Notes: generated from the sequence alone by a model not told the origin. A stretch of DNA of 32,000 nucleotides from Gammaproteobacteria bacterium (GCA_047622345.1 JBLHOA010000005.1:10423-42422); one strand, 5' to 3'. Positions 8,809 through 18,127 are shown, counted from the first letter of the stretch. Made by a program: numbers and translations.

Positions 8809-9954
8809 AACGATGTCGATGTCGCTATCGCGATGAAGCTCTCGGCTTTAAACCCATCCAGATCGATAAATAAAACCGCTGCCAGCTCCCGTTGGCGTTC
8901 GGCCCGGATCTGCGCCTGTGATATGCGGTCGCGGGCGATGCGCATAACCTTTAAACCAGTAAGGCTGTCGTGGTCGGCAAGCAGACGTAATTGTTCGCTG
9001 GACTGCTCGCGCGAGTAAACCGAGCCAAGCGCACGACCAATCGATACCAGTACATCCATTAACTGAGGGCCGGGCGATCTTTCGTCGTCGGCAAAAAATG
9101 CGAGCACCCCCACGACAGCATTAGTAGAGGTATGTATCGAAATGCCAACCAGCGATACCAGCCCACAGCGATCGGCAAGTTCGGCGCGGGGCATATTTTT
9201 GTAGACCTCCAATTTACCGTGCCAGACCGGATTGCCGGTTTCGAGCACATGCCCGGGTATACCTTCGCCTTTTCGCAGTATGGTTTTCTCGGTTAGTTCA
9301 ACGAATGGTTCAATGGTAGGATTGTTTTTGTGGCACCAGATTTTCGATGATATCAATTGATCGGGTTGACGCTCATCCAGCAAAAAGGCGCGGGCTACAA
9401 GCCAACCTCGATAAAGCCAATTCTCGAAAGAACAGATGATTGTCAGGCAATCTTCCAGGGCTTCGGGCAAATTATTGGTTTGATTCGCCCGGTTAGTACA
9501 GGCAAGTAGTGGCTCAACGGTTGAGCTTTTAATCTCCATTTCGCGTTTGTCGCGTTTGGCCTGGCTCACGTTACGGTAAAAGATCAGGTACCCATTGCGC
9601 GGGTTATCCCAGTCGGTGGAGGGGAAAATCGAAATGAGTAATTCCTGCGGTCCCGATTCGGTTGTTTCGAATACAGGTTCGGGTTGCTGCGGGCCGATGA
9701 TTGAGGCGAGGTCGACACTCGCAAACAACGGTTGTAACTCTTTTAAAAGTGCGTCGCCGAGCGATCGACGCTGTGACGGGACTAAAGATAAACCGGCCAG
9801 AGGTAAGAGGCGAAAGCTCGTTGAGCAGGTGCCCATAACCGCTATTGTCGATCTGGAATACGAGATCAGGGCTGATTCGTAAAACCCGGGACAATAAGGG
9901 ATTTTTCGCTTGCGGAAAACTGTCTTGCGTACAATCTAGGCTGCAATTTGCCAT
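8805..9954 (-). pseudogene. PAS-GAF-GGDEF signalling protein, GGDEF domain truncated and probable 5' frameshift
   Basis: GAF-like core (GEGIPGHVLETGNPVW…GLVSLVGISIHTS…VVGVLAFFADD). The start of a GGDEF domain follows (ADHDSLTGL…LAAVLFIDLDGFK) and ends 13 codons later, without the GGDEF/GGEEF active-site loop. A PAS-like start (SPDLVFQIDNSGYGHLLNE) sits in the ORF 9604-9954 in another frame. A 1-nt shift near 9815-9820 would join them. Confidence 0.65.
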
Positions 9955-10357
9955 CTACTTAATGAATGCCTTCGACGCTTTTGTTAATTCTGTAATGGCG
10001 GGCTGTAAAGGCACCAGCGTTTTATAAAACCCCATTTTAACTGGGGGGGGAAGAGTATATTTAGTCTCAATTTAATAGTGATTATAGTGGAAATGAACAA
10101 TAGTGCTGGTGAGAATGACCCGAATAATCGGTTTTTCGCACCGCTATTTTAAGGACGAGGAGCAATCCGGAATTTTGAAGCCTGCACCGGAATTGCTTCC
10201 CGTTGGGAAGGCTAAAAATTTACCGAAAAATTAACGCTTACAACGCGCTATAATCTCCTGCTGATTGAACTTTGCCCGACTGACAGAGCCAAACCCCTGC
10301 CAACGCTGAAAAGTAATATTCAGACAGACCTATTAATTCTTTACCCGGTTACCAGAC

Positions 10358-11089
10358 ATGAAACTTTCCACTTCAAGCTACCTGAATTCGACTTTGCTGA
10401 CCCTGATGTTAATCGCAATTTCCGGTTGTGCAGCGATCAATACCAGCATTGAGAAAAGTGATCTCGACGTGCAGACACGCGCAAGTGAATCGGTATTTCT
10501 CGAACCGGTAAGCCCGGATAAGCGGGTGATATTTGTCTCGGTACGCAATACCTCCGACAAGGACCTTTCGATTAAGGCGAAGATAATCGAGCGGCTTCAG
10601 GCCAGTGGCTATCAAGTCACCGATGACCCGGATAAGGCATATTTTATGTTGCAGGCAAATGTGTTGAAGGTGGGTAAGGACAATAAAGATAATGCTGACA
10701 GTTACGTCGAGGCGGGCTTCAGTGGTGCGGCGCTTGGTAATGCCGTATCGAGCCGCTCCGATACCGGAAAGGGTATTGTCATCGGGGCTTTGATTGGTGT
10801 TATTGCCGACTCTATGGTCGATGACACCCTGTTCACCATGGTCACCGATTTACAGGTACGCGAGCGACCACGCAATAACGAAGTGATTACTCAGCAGCAA
10901 AGCGAAGACAGTACGCAGGGCGGCAGTACATCGGTGTCCCAGTATTCATCGTCGGCCACGGTCGAATGGAAGACTTATCACACTCGAATCGTCAGTACCG
11001 CGAACCAGGTCAATTTGGATTTTGAAGACGCCCTGCCGGAACTTGAAAATGGTCTGGTCCGTTCGATTTCGGGAATGTTTGCCGAATAG
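10358..11089 (+). CDS. traT: TraT complement-resistance / surface-exclusion outer-membrane lipoprotein homolog
   Basis: 243 aa, the same length class as F-plasmid TraT, with a lipobox (AISGC). It is collinear with TraT as I remember it: LDVQTRASESVFLEP, NTSDKDLS, SGYQVTDDPDKAYFMLQANVLKVGK, TMVTDLQVRER, YHTRIVSTANQVNLDFEDALPELE. Confidence 0.88.
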   Translation: MKLSTSSYLNSTLLTLMLIAISGCAAINTSIEKSDLDVQTRASESVFLEPVSPDKRVIFVSVRNTSDKDLSIKAKIIERLQASGYQVTDDPDKAYFMLQANVLKVGKDNKDNADSYVEAGFSGAALGNAVSSRSDTGKGIVIGALIGVIADSMVDDTLFTMVTDLQVRERPRNNEVITQQQSEDSTQGGSTSVSQYSSSATVEWKTYHTRIVSTANQVNLDFEDALPELENGLVRSISGMFAE

Positions 11090-11138
11090 CTTTGCGCCTA
11101 TATAAATAAACCCAGTCGATTTTCCGGCGGCAATAGAT

Positions 11139-12401
11139 TTACTCCTGATAGATCGGAAAGCGCTGGCACAACTCGAGCACCTGGGATTTTTGCTGCTCGA
11201 CAGTGGCAGGGTCGGGTGAATCAGGGTGCTTGATAATTCCGCCAATTATCCGGCCGAGCAAATCAAACTCATCTTTTTCAAGCCCCCGGGTCGTCGCCGC
11301 AGCAACGCCCAGACGCAGGCCGGACCACTCGGCCGGTTTATTCGAATCGAAAGGAACCGGGTTTTTATTTGAAGTGATATTGACCAGCGCCAGTCGGTCC
11401 TGCGCCTGTTGGCCGCTTATGCCGAGCTGGCTGAAATCGAGTAATAACATATGGGTATCGGTACCACCGCTGACCAGCTTTATGCCACTAGCGGTAATAC
11501 TCTGTGCCAGCGACTGCGCGTTATCGATTACCCGTTGGCCGTAGTGCTTGAAGTCATCTTGCAAGGCTTCACCGAGGCAGACCGCCTTAGCCGCGATAAT
11601 CTGACTATGCAGGCTGCCCTGTACACCCGGAAAGATGGCCGACTGTAATTGCTTTGCCCATTTCGGATCACGCGCCAGAATCAGCCCCCCGCGTGGGCCG
11701 CGCATCGTTTTTGTAGTGGTGCAGGTAACGATGTCGGCATGTTCAACCGGATTAGGATGGACATCCGCGGCGACAAGCCCGGCGACATGCGCCATGTCGA
11801 CCAGAAACAGCGCGTCCACCGCTTTCGCCGTCGCGGCGAGACGTTCGAAGTCGATACTACGTGGATAAGCCGAGCCACCCGCGATAAGCAGTTTGGGGCG
11901 CAGCTCCTTCGCTAAACGATCGGCTTCATCGTAGTCGATTAAACCCGTTTCGGGGCTAACTCCATAGTGATGCGACTCGAACCAGCGACCGGACAAATTG
12001 GGTGCCGCGCCATGGCTCAAATGACCGCCCGCGGCCAGGTTCAGACTAAGAATTCTGTCGCCCGGCTGCAGCAGCGCAAAAAACACCGCCTGATTTGCCT
12101 GCGTGCCCGAATGCGGTTGTACGTTGGCGTAGCTGCAGTCGAACAGTTTGCAGGCGCGATCAATGGCGGCCTGTTCGACAACATCGACGAATTCGCCACC
12201 CCCGTGAAAGCGATGGCCCGGGTAACCTTCCAGGGTCTTATTAGTCATCGGGTGGGCAAGCGCGTCGAGCACCGCGCGGCTGACAATATTTTCCGAGGCG
12301 ATCAATTCAATCTGGGTTTGTTGGCGCTGTAACTCATCGCGCAAGGCTGCGGCAATCAGCGGGTCGCTGCGGGCAATTGATTGATAGAAAAAATTAGACA
12401 T
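11139..12401 (-). CDS. glyA: Serine hydroxymethyltransferase
   Basis: 420 aa with classical SHMT motifs (IELIASENIVSRAVLDA, EGYPGHRFHGG, ANVQPHSGTQAN, VTCTTTKTMRGPRGG). Its start overlaps the stop of the upstream EamA gene (TAATG). Confidence 0.95.
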   Translation of the reverse strand: MSNFFYQSIARSDPLIAAALRDELQRQQTQIELIASENIVSRAVLDALAHPMTNKTLEGYPGHRFHGGGEFVDVVEQAAIDRACKLFDCSYANVQPHSGTQANQAVFFALLQPGDRILSLNLAAGGHLSHGAAPNLSGRWFESHHYGVSPETGLIDYDEADRLAKELRPKLLIAGGSAYPRSIDFERLAATAKAVDALFLVDMAHVAGLVAADVHPNPVEHADIVTCTTTKTMRGPRGGLILARDPKWAKQLQSAIFPGVQGSLHSQIIAAKAVCLGEALQDDFKHYGQRVIDNAQSLAQSITASGIKLVSGGTDTHMLLLDFSQLGISGQQAQDRLALVNITSNKNPVPFDSNKPAEWSGLRLGVAAATTRGLEKDEFDLLGRIIGGIIKHPDSPDPATVEQQKSQVLELCQRFPIYQE

Positions 12402-13276
12402 TAAATTCTCCTGCGTGATTCCTGACTGAGGTGGTAATAATTAGCTGCAAATATAATACTGGCGCCAAGCAATACCCACCAATCTCCGGTCTCCTGATAA
12501 AAAAAGTATCCAATGGCGAGGGTTAGCGGAAGGCGCAGATAGTCCAGCGGCAAAATGGTTGCGGTGTCGGCCAATGATAAGGCTTTGGTAAGACCGAGAT
12601 GCGCGAGCAGACCGGAAAGGCCGATGACAGTGATCCAGAAGTAGTCGATACCCACAGGCCATTGCCAGTAATAAATAGTCGGTCCGAGGCCGATGAAAAA
12701 CTGAATAACGGCCATATACATCAATATCGTCCATACCGAATCGGTGCTAGTCAGTTTTTTCGAGAATAGCATGGTGAAAGCGAAACCGAAGGTAGCCAGT
12801 AATACCATTACGCTACCCCATTCGATCGACTCAAAGCCGGGACGGATAATAATACAAACCCCAACGAAGCCGACTGCGAGCGCGAGCAGGCGGGCACCGG
12901 TCAAGCGCTCGTTCAGGTATAGTGCGGCGAGCAAAACCGCCCAGATCGGAGTAGTAAATTCGATTGCAATGACTTCGGCCAGCGGCAATAAAATGACGCC
13001 GCTTGCCCAGCAGTACTGGCCGAAGAAATGAAAAATATTACGCGCCAGATGTAGCTTGAAACGTTTGAAAGTAAAAACGGGTTTGCCGTAAATAGTAATA
13101 AACAGGATAAGCGCGCAAAATGCGACGACGCTGCGCAGGGTTAGCATTTCGAACAAAGACAGGCGGCTGGAAAGCTCACGCACCGAGACCATTAGCCCGA
13201 GAAAAGACAACAGCCCTAGAAGCATCCAACCGGTCGCTGCGACCAGGTTTTTATTCTGTAAAATTGCTCCAATCAA
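12401..13276 (-). CDS. DMT-superfamily (EamA-like) transporter
   Basis: 291 aa with about 10 hydrophobic helices in a two-EamA-repeat architecture. It is translationally coupled to glyA. Confidence 0.85.
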   Translation of the reverse strand: MIGAILQNKNLVAATGWMLLGLLSFLGLMVSVRELSSRLSLFEMLTLRSVVAFCALILFITIYGKPVFTFKRFKLHLARNIFHFFGQYCWASGVILLPLAEVIAIEFTTPIWAVLLAALYLNERLTGARLLALAVGFVGVCIIIRPGFESIEWGSVMVLLATFGFAFTMLFSKKLTSTDSVWTILMYMAVIQFFIGLGPTIYYWQWPVGIDYFWITVIGLSGLLAHLGLTKALSLADTATILPLDYLRLPLTLAIGYFFYQETGDWWVLLGASIIFAANYYHLSQESRRRI

Positions 13277-13452
13277 TTTAGTTTGGCCCTTTTTTCCTCA
13301 GGTACTGCTAATACTTTGACCTGATCGAATGAATCGGCGATTCTACCTCAATACCGCAGAATTTCTTCTATACTCGATTGCAGCTGTGCAAATAGGTATA
13401 GTGGTCAATTCATTCTGCAGCTGAAGTCGCTGTTTACCGGGGCAAAAATTCG

Positions 13453-13953
13453 ATGGAAGATATTTTCCATGATATCTCTAAATATTATTCGGCTAATATC
13501 GTCGATAATTTTCTGAACATCGGCAAAATTGTTTACAATGACGGGTTTTACAGCTTTGCCCGTGACAATGTTCGTGGCCCCTTCAATCTGGTTGATCCGG
13601 AAGCCGATGTGACCCGCATGGTTCAGGTGATCGGCGAAATCCATCCGCGTAGCGCGCTCGAAAATATCCTCAAAGTTGATGTAAATTCCTGTCTTTATTT
13701 GAATGAAAATGTGGGTTCGGGTGAAATAGAAGTACGCTCGATTCACAAGGGGATGGCAACTTCGATCTACAACAAGCAGGAAAGCCCGTTGATCATGTGG
13801 AACCCGAATTATGAAGAGCATCGCTATTTTGACGTAATCGACATCCAGGGCGTGTTTGCCGACGCACGATTGAAAAACAGCTTTAGCGCGATTCTGTCGG
13901 AAAGTCTGCGCGAATTCGAACTCTTCCCGCCGCTGATGCATTTAAAGAAATAG
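13453..13953 (+). CDS. Hypothetical protein (166 aa), strand assignment tentative
   Basis: Mirror ORFs lie on both strands. The + strand product has an ordinary soluble-protein composition and codon usage like its neighbours. The - strand product is R/F/H/I-rich. I recognised no family. Confidence 0.45.
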   Translation: MEDIFHDISKYYSANIVDNFLNIGKIVYNDGFYSFARDNVRGPFNLVDPEADVTRMVQVIGEIHPRSALENILKVDVNSCLYLNENVGSGEIEVRSIHKGMATSIYNKQESPLIMWNPNYEEHRYFDVIDIQGVFADARLKNSFSAILSESLREFELFPPLMHLKK

Positions 13954-14020
13954 CCGGACAGATAGTGGGGCACTAGGCTTCGGCTGGATAATCGATCAGC
14001 AATTTTTTAGCCCGGATTGC

Positions 14021-15556
14021 TCAGGGGAGCAAAATATTGAATCGATCTCTAATCTTCGCGTCGACTGCCGGGTCAATGTAATTGGGCTGGTGATTATCGA
14101 GAACTTCGCGAACTTTTACATTCGCTTTTTGAAACACATCGAGCGCGCCCTGTTCGGCCCAGGTCGTTGGTTCGAGGCGGTCGCCGAATTTCGGATAATA
14201 ATAATCGCGTTCCATCGCCTCCATGGTTTGTGTTTCCCCGATAAAGTGTCCAACCCCGGTAATGACGTTTTTCATCGACTCAAAACCCAACGTATCTTCG
14301 CTCACTTCGACTCCACGGATCATGCGGTAGACATGCGATAACATTTCGTTATCGAGAATAAATGCCTCGTAGGAAACTCCAAGCAGGCTCGCCATCATTC
14401 CAGAAGACTCATAAACCATATTCGCTCCGGACAAGCCGCAGGCCAGCGAAGAGAGCGCCTTTTCCATACCCATTTGGGCATCGACGGCCTTCGCATCGGT
14501 CATACTCGAGGCTACCCCCGAGGGAACTCCGATATGGTTCGCCAGTTGCGCTGCCCCCGCGTTAAGAATCGAAATTTCGCCGCCACCACCGCAAAAAGCA
14601 CCGGTGCGCAGATCGATAACAAAGGGCCAGTTGGAAAAAATCATCGGGTAGCCGGGTTCAAAAATATTGATCATGATTAACGCGGCCAGGGTTTCGGCAA
14701 ACGATGCTGCGAGCATTCCGTCGATGCTGGCCGGTGAAGTGGCACCCGACATCGCTGCAATAATTGAATTGATCGGCATGCCACGACGCATCGCGGCCAT
14801 GGCCACGTCGAAGGCATCTTCGCCGTAGCGCATCGGTGAAATAATCGGGCTGATGTGGGCCTTGCAAAAAGGCTTTTGCGCAAACTTACCCTCGCCCCCG
14901 GCAACCCAGTCAAACATGTCGATGATGGGGTCGACGTGTTCGCCGATGGTAAAGTTGGTGCCCACTGGCTTTTGTGTTCCGCGCATCAAGCAGTAGGCGG
15001 TATTCATATCGAGCTCGAATATATCGGGGACATCGGTGGCCACGCAGCAGCGCGTAAACCAGGAGATATTAGGCAGAGTGTCGGCGAGGCGGGTAAAGCC
15101 CCACAGGTCTTCCAGCGTGGACGGTCGATAAATATGGCTGTCGAGATCGAGGGTTTGCACCGCGGCACCGCCGGTACCGAAATAGACGCGGTCACCGCCG
15201 ACTTCAAAAGTATGTTTCTCGTCACGCCCGTGAAATATAAATGATTTGCAGGCACCGTCGATAATGTCTTCGACCATCGCCTGTGAAAAACATAGCCGTC
15301 CCATGTCATTGATAGTGGCGCCACAGTTAAGCGCCTGCGCGGTTAATGCCGGTGGGCAGTCGCCCATGCCCAGTTCGGCGAGCAGGCGTATCGAAGTATT
15401 ATAAATCTGTTCGATCTGGACATCGTTGAGCGGGCGATACTGACCGCCGACTGGTCCTGCGGGTGCTGGATTTATCGCTGGCGGTTTGCTGCGTCTGGCC
15501 AGCATGGCCTCACGACTTCCGCCGCGGCGCCGTTTCACTCTGGGGGCTTCGCTCAT
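14021..15556 (-). CDS. MttB-superfamily methyltransferase, non-pyrrolysine member (quaternary/methylated-amine methyltransferase family)
   Basis: 511 aa with no in-frame amber codon. The sequence is typical of trimethylamine methyltransferase-family proteins (…GGAAVQTLD…, CKAHISPIISPMRYGEDA, SGATSPASIDG, GGGGEISILNAGAAQLA, DNEMLSHVYRMIRGVEV). The start overlaps the upstream stop (ATGA). Confidence 0.88.
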   Translation of the reverse strand: MSEAPRVKRRRGGSREAMLARRSKPPAINPAPAGPVGGQYRPLNDVQIEQIYNTSIRLLAELGMGDCPPALTAQALNCGATINDMGRLCFSQAMVEDIIDGACKSFIFHGRDEKHTFEVGGDRVYFGTGGAAVQTLDLDSHIYRPSTLEDLWGFTRLADTLPNISWFTRCCVATDVPDIFELDMNTAYCLMRGTQKPVGTNFTIGEHVDPIIDMFDWVAGGEGKFAQKPFCKAHISPIISPMRYGEDAFDVAMAAMRRGMPINSIIAAMSGATSPASIDGMLAASFAETLAALIMINIFEPGYPMIFSNWPFVIDLRTGAFCGGGGEISILNAGAAQLANHIGVPSGVASSMTDAKAVDAQMGMEKALSSLACGLSGANMVYESSGMMASLLGVSYEAFILDNEMLSHVYRMIRGVEVSEDTLGFESMKNVITGVGHFIGETQTMEAMERDYYYPKFGDRLEPTTWAEQGALDVFQKANVKVREVLDNHQPNYIDPAVDAKIRDRFNILLP

Positions 15557-17967
15557 GATTTTACCAACTGATTGTCAGGGTCATACAAAACGGGATGAAC
15601 AACGCTTGCCGGAAAAGTTTCACCGAGTATACCGATGCTTAACCGGCTGTCGAAGGCAGCATGCTCGGGGTCAATGTAGGCGTAGGCAATATTTTTCTTT
15701 ACGCGGTGACCGTAGCCACCGGAGCATACCGAGCCGATTTGTTCGCTGCCGAAATATACCGGGTCACCACTGTGCGCGGGGGCGATATCGCAGTCGACAA
15801 TCATACTTACCAGTTGCTTGCGCGGGCCACGTTGCTGCTGTGCCTCCAGGGCCGCTTTGCCGATAAAGTCGGGTTTATCCAGTTTGACAAAACGCTGCAG
15901 CCCGGCTTCATAGGGGTTGAACTCGTAAATCAAATCGCTCTTCCAGTGCAAGTAACCTTTTTCCAGGCGCATCGACTCGGTCGCGTATAAGCCGAAGTTA
16001 CCCAGTTCGAAGCCGACTCCGGCCTGATTGAGAATCTGCCACAGGAGGTAAAGCTGTTCGTTGGGAACATGCAGTTCGTAAGCGCGCTCGCCGGAAAAGC
16101 TGACATTCATCGCGGTTAGTTCGACATGACCGATCAACATCGTCTTTGCGCGAAGCCAGGGGAAGGCATTGGCAGACCAGTCGCAGCGCGGTGAAACAGA
16201 TTGCAGTAATTCGCGCGACTTCGGTCCCGCTACCACCAGAATGGTATGGGTTGCGGCCATTTCACGAATACTCACGGTATCGGGTGCAAACCGATTGAGC
16301 CAGTCGCGGTCGTGCCATTCGGCCGCGGCGGCCGAACCCCACCAATAACGATTTTCGCCGAGTTTGACCAGTGTTGCTTCGCTCAGAACATTCCCTTTTT
16401 CGGTGAGCAGGTAGGCAAGACTGAGTTTACCGATTTCGGTGGGTAAGCGGCCGCAAATCATACGATCGAGAAAGGCCTCGACGCCTTCGCCGCTGATTTC
16501 ATAGCGGTTGAAACCGGAGACTTCCATGATGCTGACCTGCTTTTGTAAATGTTCGACTTCCCGGGCTACAACGTCCCGAGTCGGGGTAAAGCGGTAACTG
16601 TGCTGGTCGACAAAGTCGGCTTCGGGTTTGAAAAAGAGGGCGCGTTCCCAGCCATTGACCACGCCCCAGGCGCACATTAACTGGTCGAGCACCGGATAAA
16701 GTGGCGTGGTGCGCGCTAACCGGGCTGCGGGGCGATGTTCGTGGGGCAGGTGGTAGTGGAATTCGTTCTGGTAATCTTCGATTGCCTTCAGGCAGGTATG
16801 CTCGGTATTGGCGTATTCGGTAAATCGACGTGGGTCGAGAAACCAGGCATCCCATTCGCTTTCGCCGTGGACGATCAGCTCGGCAAGAATTTTGCCGTGC
16901 CCGCCCGACTCACCAATGCCCGCGCGTAAGCCAATCGCACAGTAGGCATTTTCGATTCCCGGGATCTGGCCGATCAACGGCGCGCCATCGATGGTATAGG
17001 TGATCGGGCCGTTGATGACGGTATGGATGCCGGCCTCGGCCAGCGCCGGCAGTCGATTAAAAATTCGTTCCATGTTATCGAGGCAGCGATCGAGATCGGA
17101 AGGGCATAGCGCCTGGGTGAAATTGGGGTCGATCCCATCCATGCCGAAAGTTTTGCAGCCCTGTTCATAAACGCCGACGAGCAAACCTTTTTTCTCCTGG
17201 CGCGAATAAAAGTCATCGCCGGGATCGCGAATAATCGGTACCCGGAAATCGAGTTGCTCGAGTTCGGGCATGGTGTCGGTGAGAAAATACATATGCTCCA
17301 TCGACGTCACCGGGTGGGTGACACCGAGCATGTTGCCGACTTCGTTGACGCGGTATCCGCCGGCGTTCACTACCTTCTCGCAAGTGATATCACCCTGTTT
17401 GCTATGCACGATGAATTCCCCATTGGACTTGCGCGTGATGCTTTCCACCGGGTTGAAGCGGTAAACCTCGGCCCCGGCTTCGCGTGCCTTGCGCGCCAGT
17501 GCAACGGTTATTCCGGCCGGGTCGATGTCGCCATCGAGAGGATCCCACCAGGCGCCGAGTAATCTGTCGGTATTCATCAACGGATGCCGAATGCCGGCTT
17601 CTTTAGCGCTGATAAATTCCATTTCCACACCCATGCCGCTGGCCATGCCGATGTAGTGCCGGTAGGTATCGATTTGATCCTGCGTATGCGCCAGACGCAT
17701 TCCACCGGTAATGTGGTAGGAAATGGGATGATCGGGATCGGTAGCGAGTTCACGGTACAAGTCGATGCTGTGCCGTTTCAGCGCAATCATTGTCTGGTTG
17801 CCGCCAAACTGGGTTACCTGCGCCGCCGCATGCCAGGTGGAGCCCGAAGTGAGCTCGTCGCGTTCGATCAGTACGACATCGTTCCAGCCTTCACGGGTTA
17901 AATGATAAAGCGTTGAACAGCCGACGATTCCACCGCCGATGACGACCACACGGGCATGAGATTTCAT
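15553..17967 (-). CDS. Dimethylglycine/sarcosine dehydrogenase-family enzyme (FAD DAO domain plus GcvT-like folate-binding domain)
   Basis: 804 aa. The N-terminus carries a Rossmann motif (VVVIGGGIVGCS) and the covalent-FAD His context (TSGSTWHAAA). The C-terminal half is aminomethyltransferase-like (YEISGEGVEAFLDR…, ESMRLEKGY, GYGHRVKKNIAYAYI). Confidence 0.9.
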   Translation of the reverse strand: MKSHARVVVIGGGIVGCSTLYHLTREGWNDVVLIERDELTSGSTWHAAAQVTQFGGNQTMIALKRHSIDLYRELATDPDHPISYHITGGMRLAHTQDQIDTYRHYIGMASGMGVEMEFISAKEAGIRHPLMNTDRLLGAWWDPLDGDIDPAGITVALARKAREAGAEVYRFNPVESITRKSNGEFIVHSKQGDITCEKVVNAGGYRVNEVGNMLGVTHPVTSMEHMYFLTDTMPELEQLDFRVPIIRDPGDDFYSRQEKKGLLVGVYEQGCKTFGMDGIDPNFTQALCPSDLDRCLDNMERIFNRLPALAEAGIHTVINGPITYTIDGAPLIGQIPGIENAYCAIGLRAGIGESGGHGKILAELIVHGESEWDAWFLDPRRFTEYANTEHTCLKAIEDYQNEFHYHLPHEHRPAARLARTTPLYPVLDQLMCAWGVVNGWERALFFKPEADFVDQHSYRFTPTRDVVAREVEHLQKQVSIMEVSGFNRYEISGEGVEAFLDRMICGRLPTEIGKLSLAYLLTEKGNVLSEATLVKLGENRYWWGSAAAAEWHDRDWLNRFAPDTVSIREMAATHTILVVAGPKSRELLQSVSPRCDWSANAFPWLRAKTMLIGHVELTAMNVSFSGERAYELHVPNEQLYLLWQILNQAGVGFELGNFGLYATESMRLEKGYLHWKSDLIYEFNPYEAGLQRFVKLDKPDFIGKAALEAQQQRGPRKQLVSMIVDCDIAPAHSGDPVYFGSEQIGSVCSGGYGHRVKKNIAYAYIDPEHAAFDSRLSIGILGETFPASVVHPVLYDPDNQLVKS

Positions 17968-18048
17968 CGTTTTTCACCTGTTTAAAACTGATCTTGATAG
18001 TGGGGGTCATGGGGCGGATTGACAATCTAAAAATTAAAAGTATGGTTC

Positions 18049-18062
18049 AGTTTAATTAAACT
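18049..18062. promoter_or_regulatory. Perfect 14-bp palindrome AGTTTAATTAAACT, candidate LysR operator in the divergent intergenic region
   Basis: Read directly from the sequence. It lies between the divergent DMGDH-like gene (start 17967) and the LysR gene (start 18128). It is AT-rich with dyad symmetry, compatible with T-N11-A-type LysR boxes. Confidence 0.3.
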
Positions 18063-18127
18063 ATAACTGGCGATGTTATGGGATATAGCGTCAAATTTGA
18101 AGGCAATTTTAGTAATGTGACTGTTCT

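Noticed and set aside
10076-10212. Short direct repeats (ATAGTG x3, CCGGAATT x2) and a CTTCCC-GTT-GGGAAG hairpin upstream of traT
   Set aside because: They are too short and irregular to separate from chance in an AT-rich 400-bp spacer. No assignable function.
13405-13941. 178-aa minus-strand ORF mirroring the 166-aa plus-strand ORF
   Set aside because: The product is R/F/H/I-rich with an odd composition. The plus-strand frame looks like an ordinary soluble protein with neighbour-like codon usage. The ambiguity is kept as a finding, but this ORF is not called as a gene.
14021-15556. Pyrrolysine (in-frame TAG) in the MttB-family gene
   Set aside because: The ORF is uninterrupted over 511 codons, so this is a non-Pyl family member.
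14090-17901. Numerous 60-130-aa ORFs on the plus strand within the mttB and DMGDH-like genes
   Set aside because: All are antisense to long homology-supported genes, and none shows a recognisable motif.
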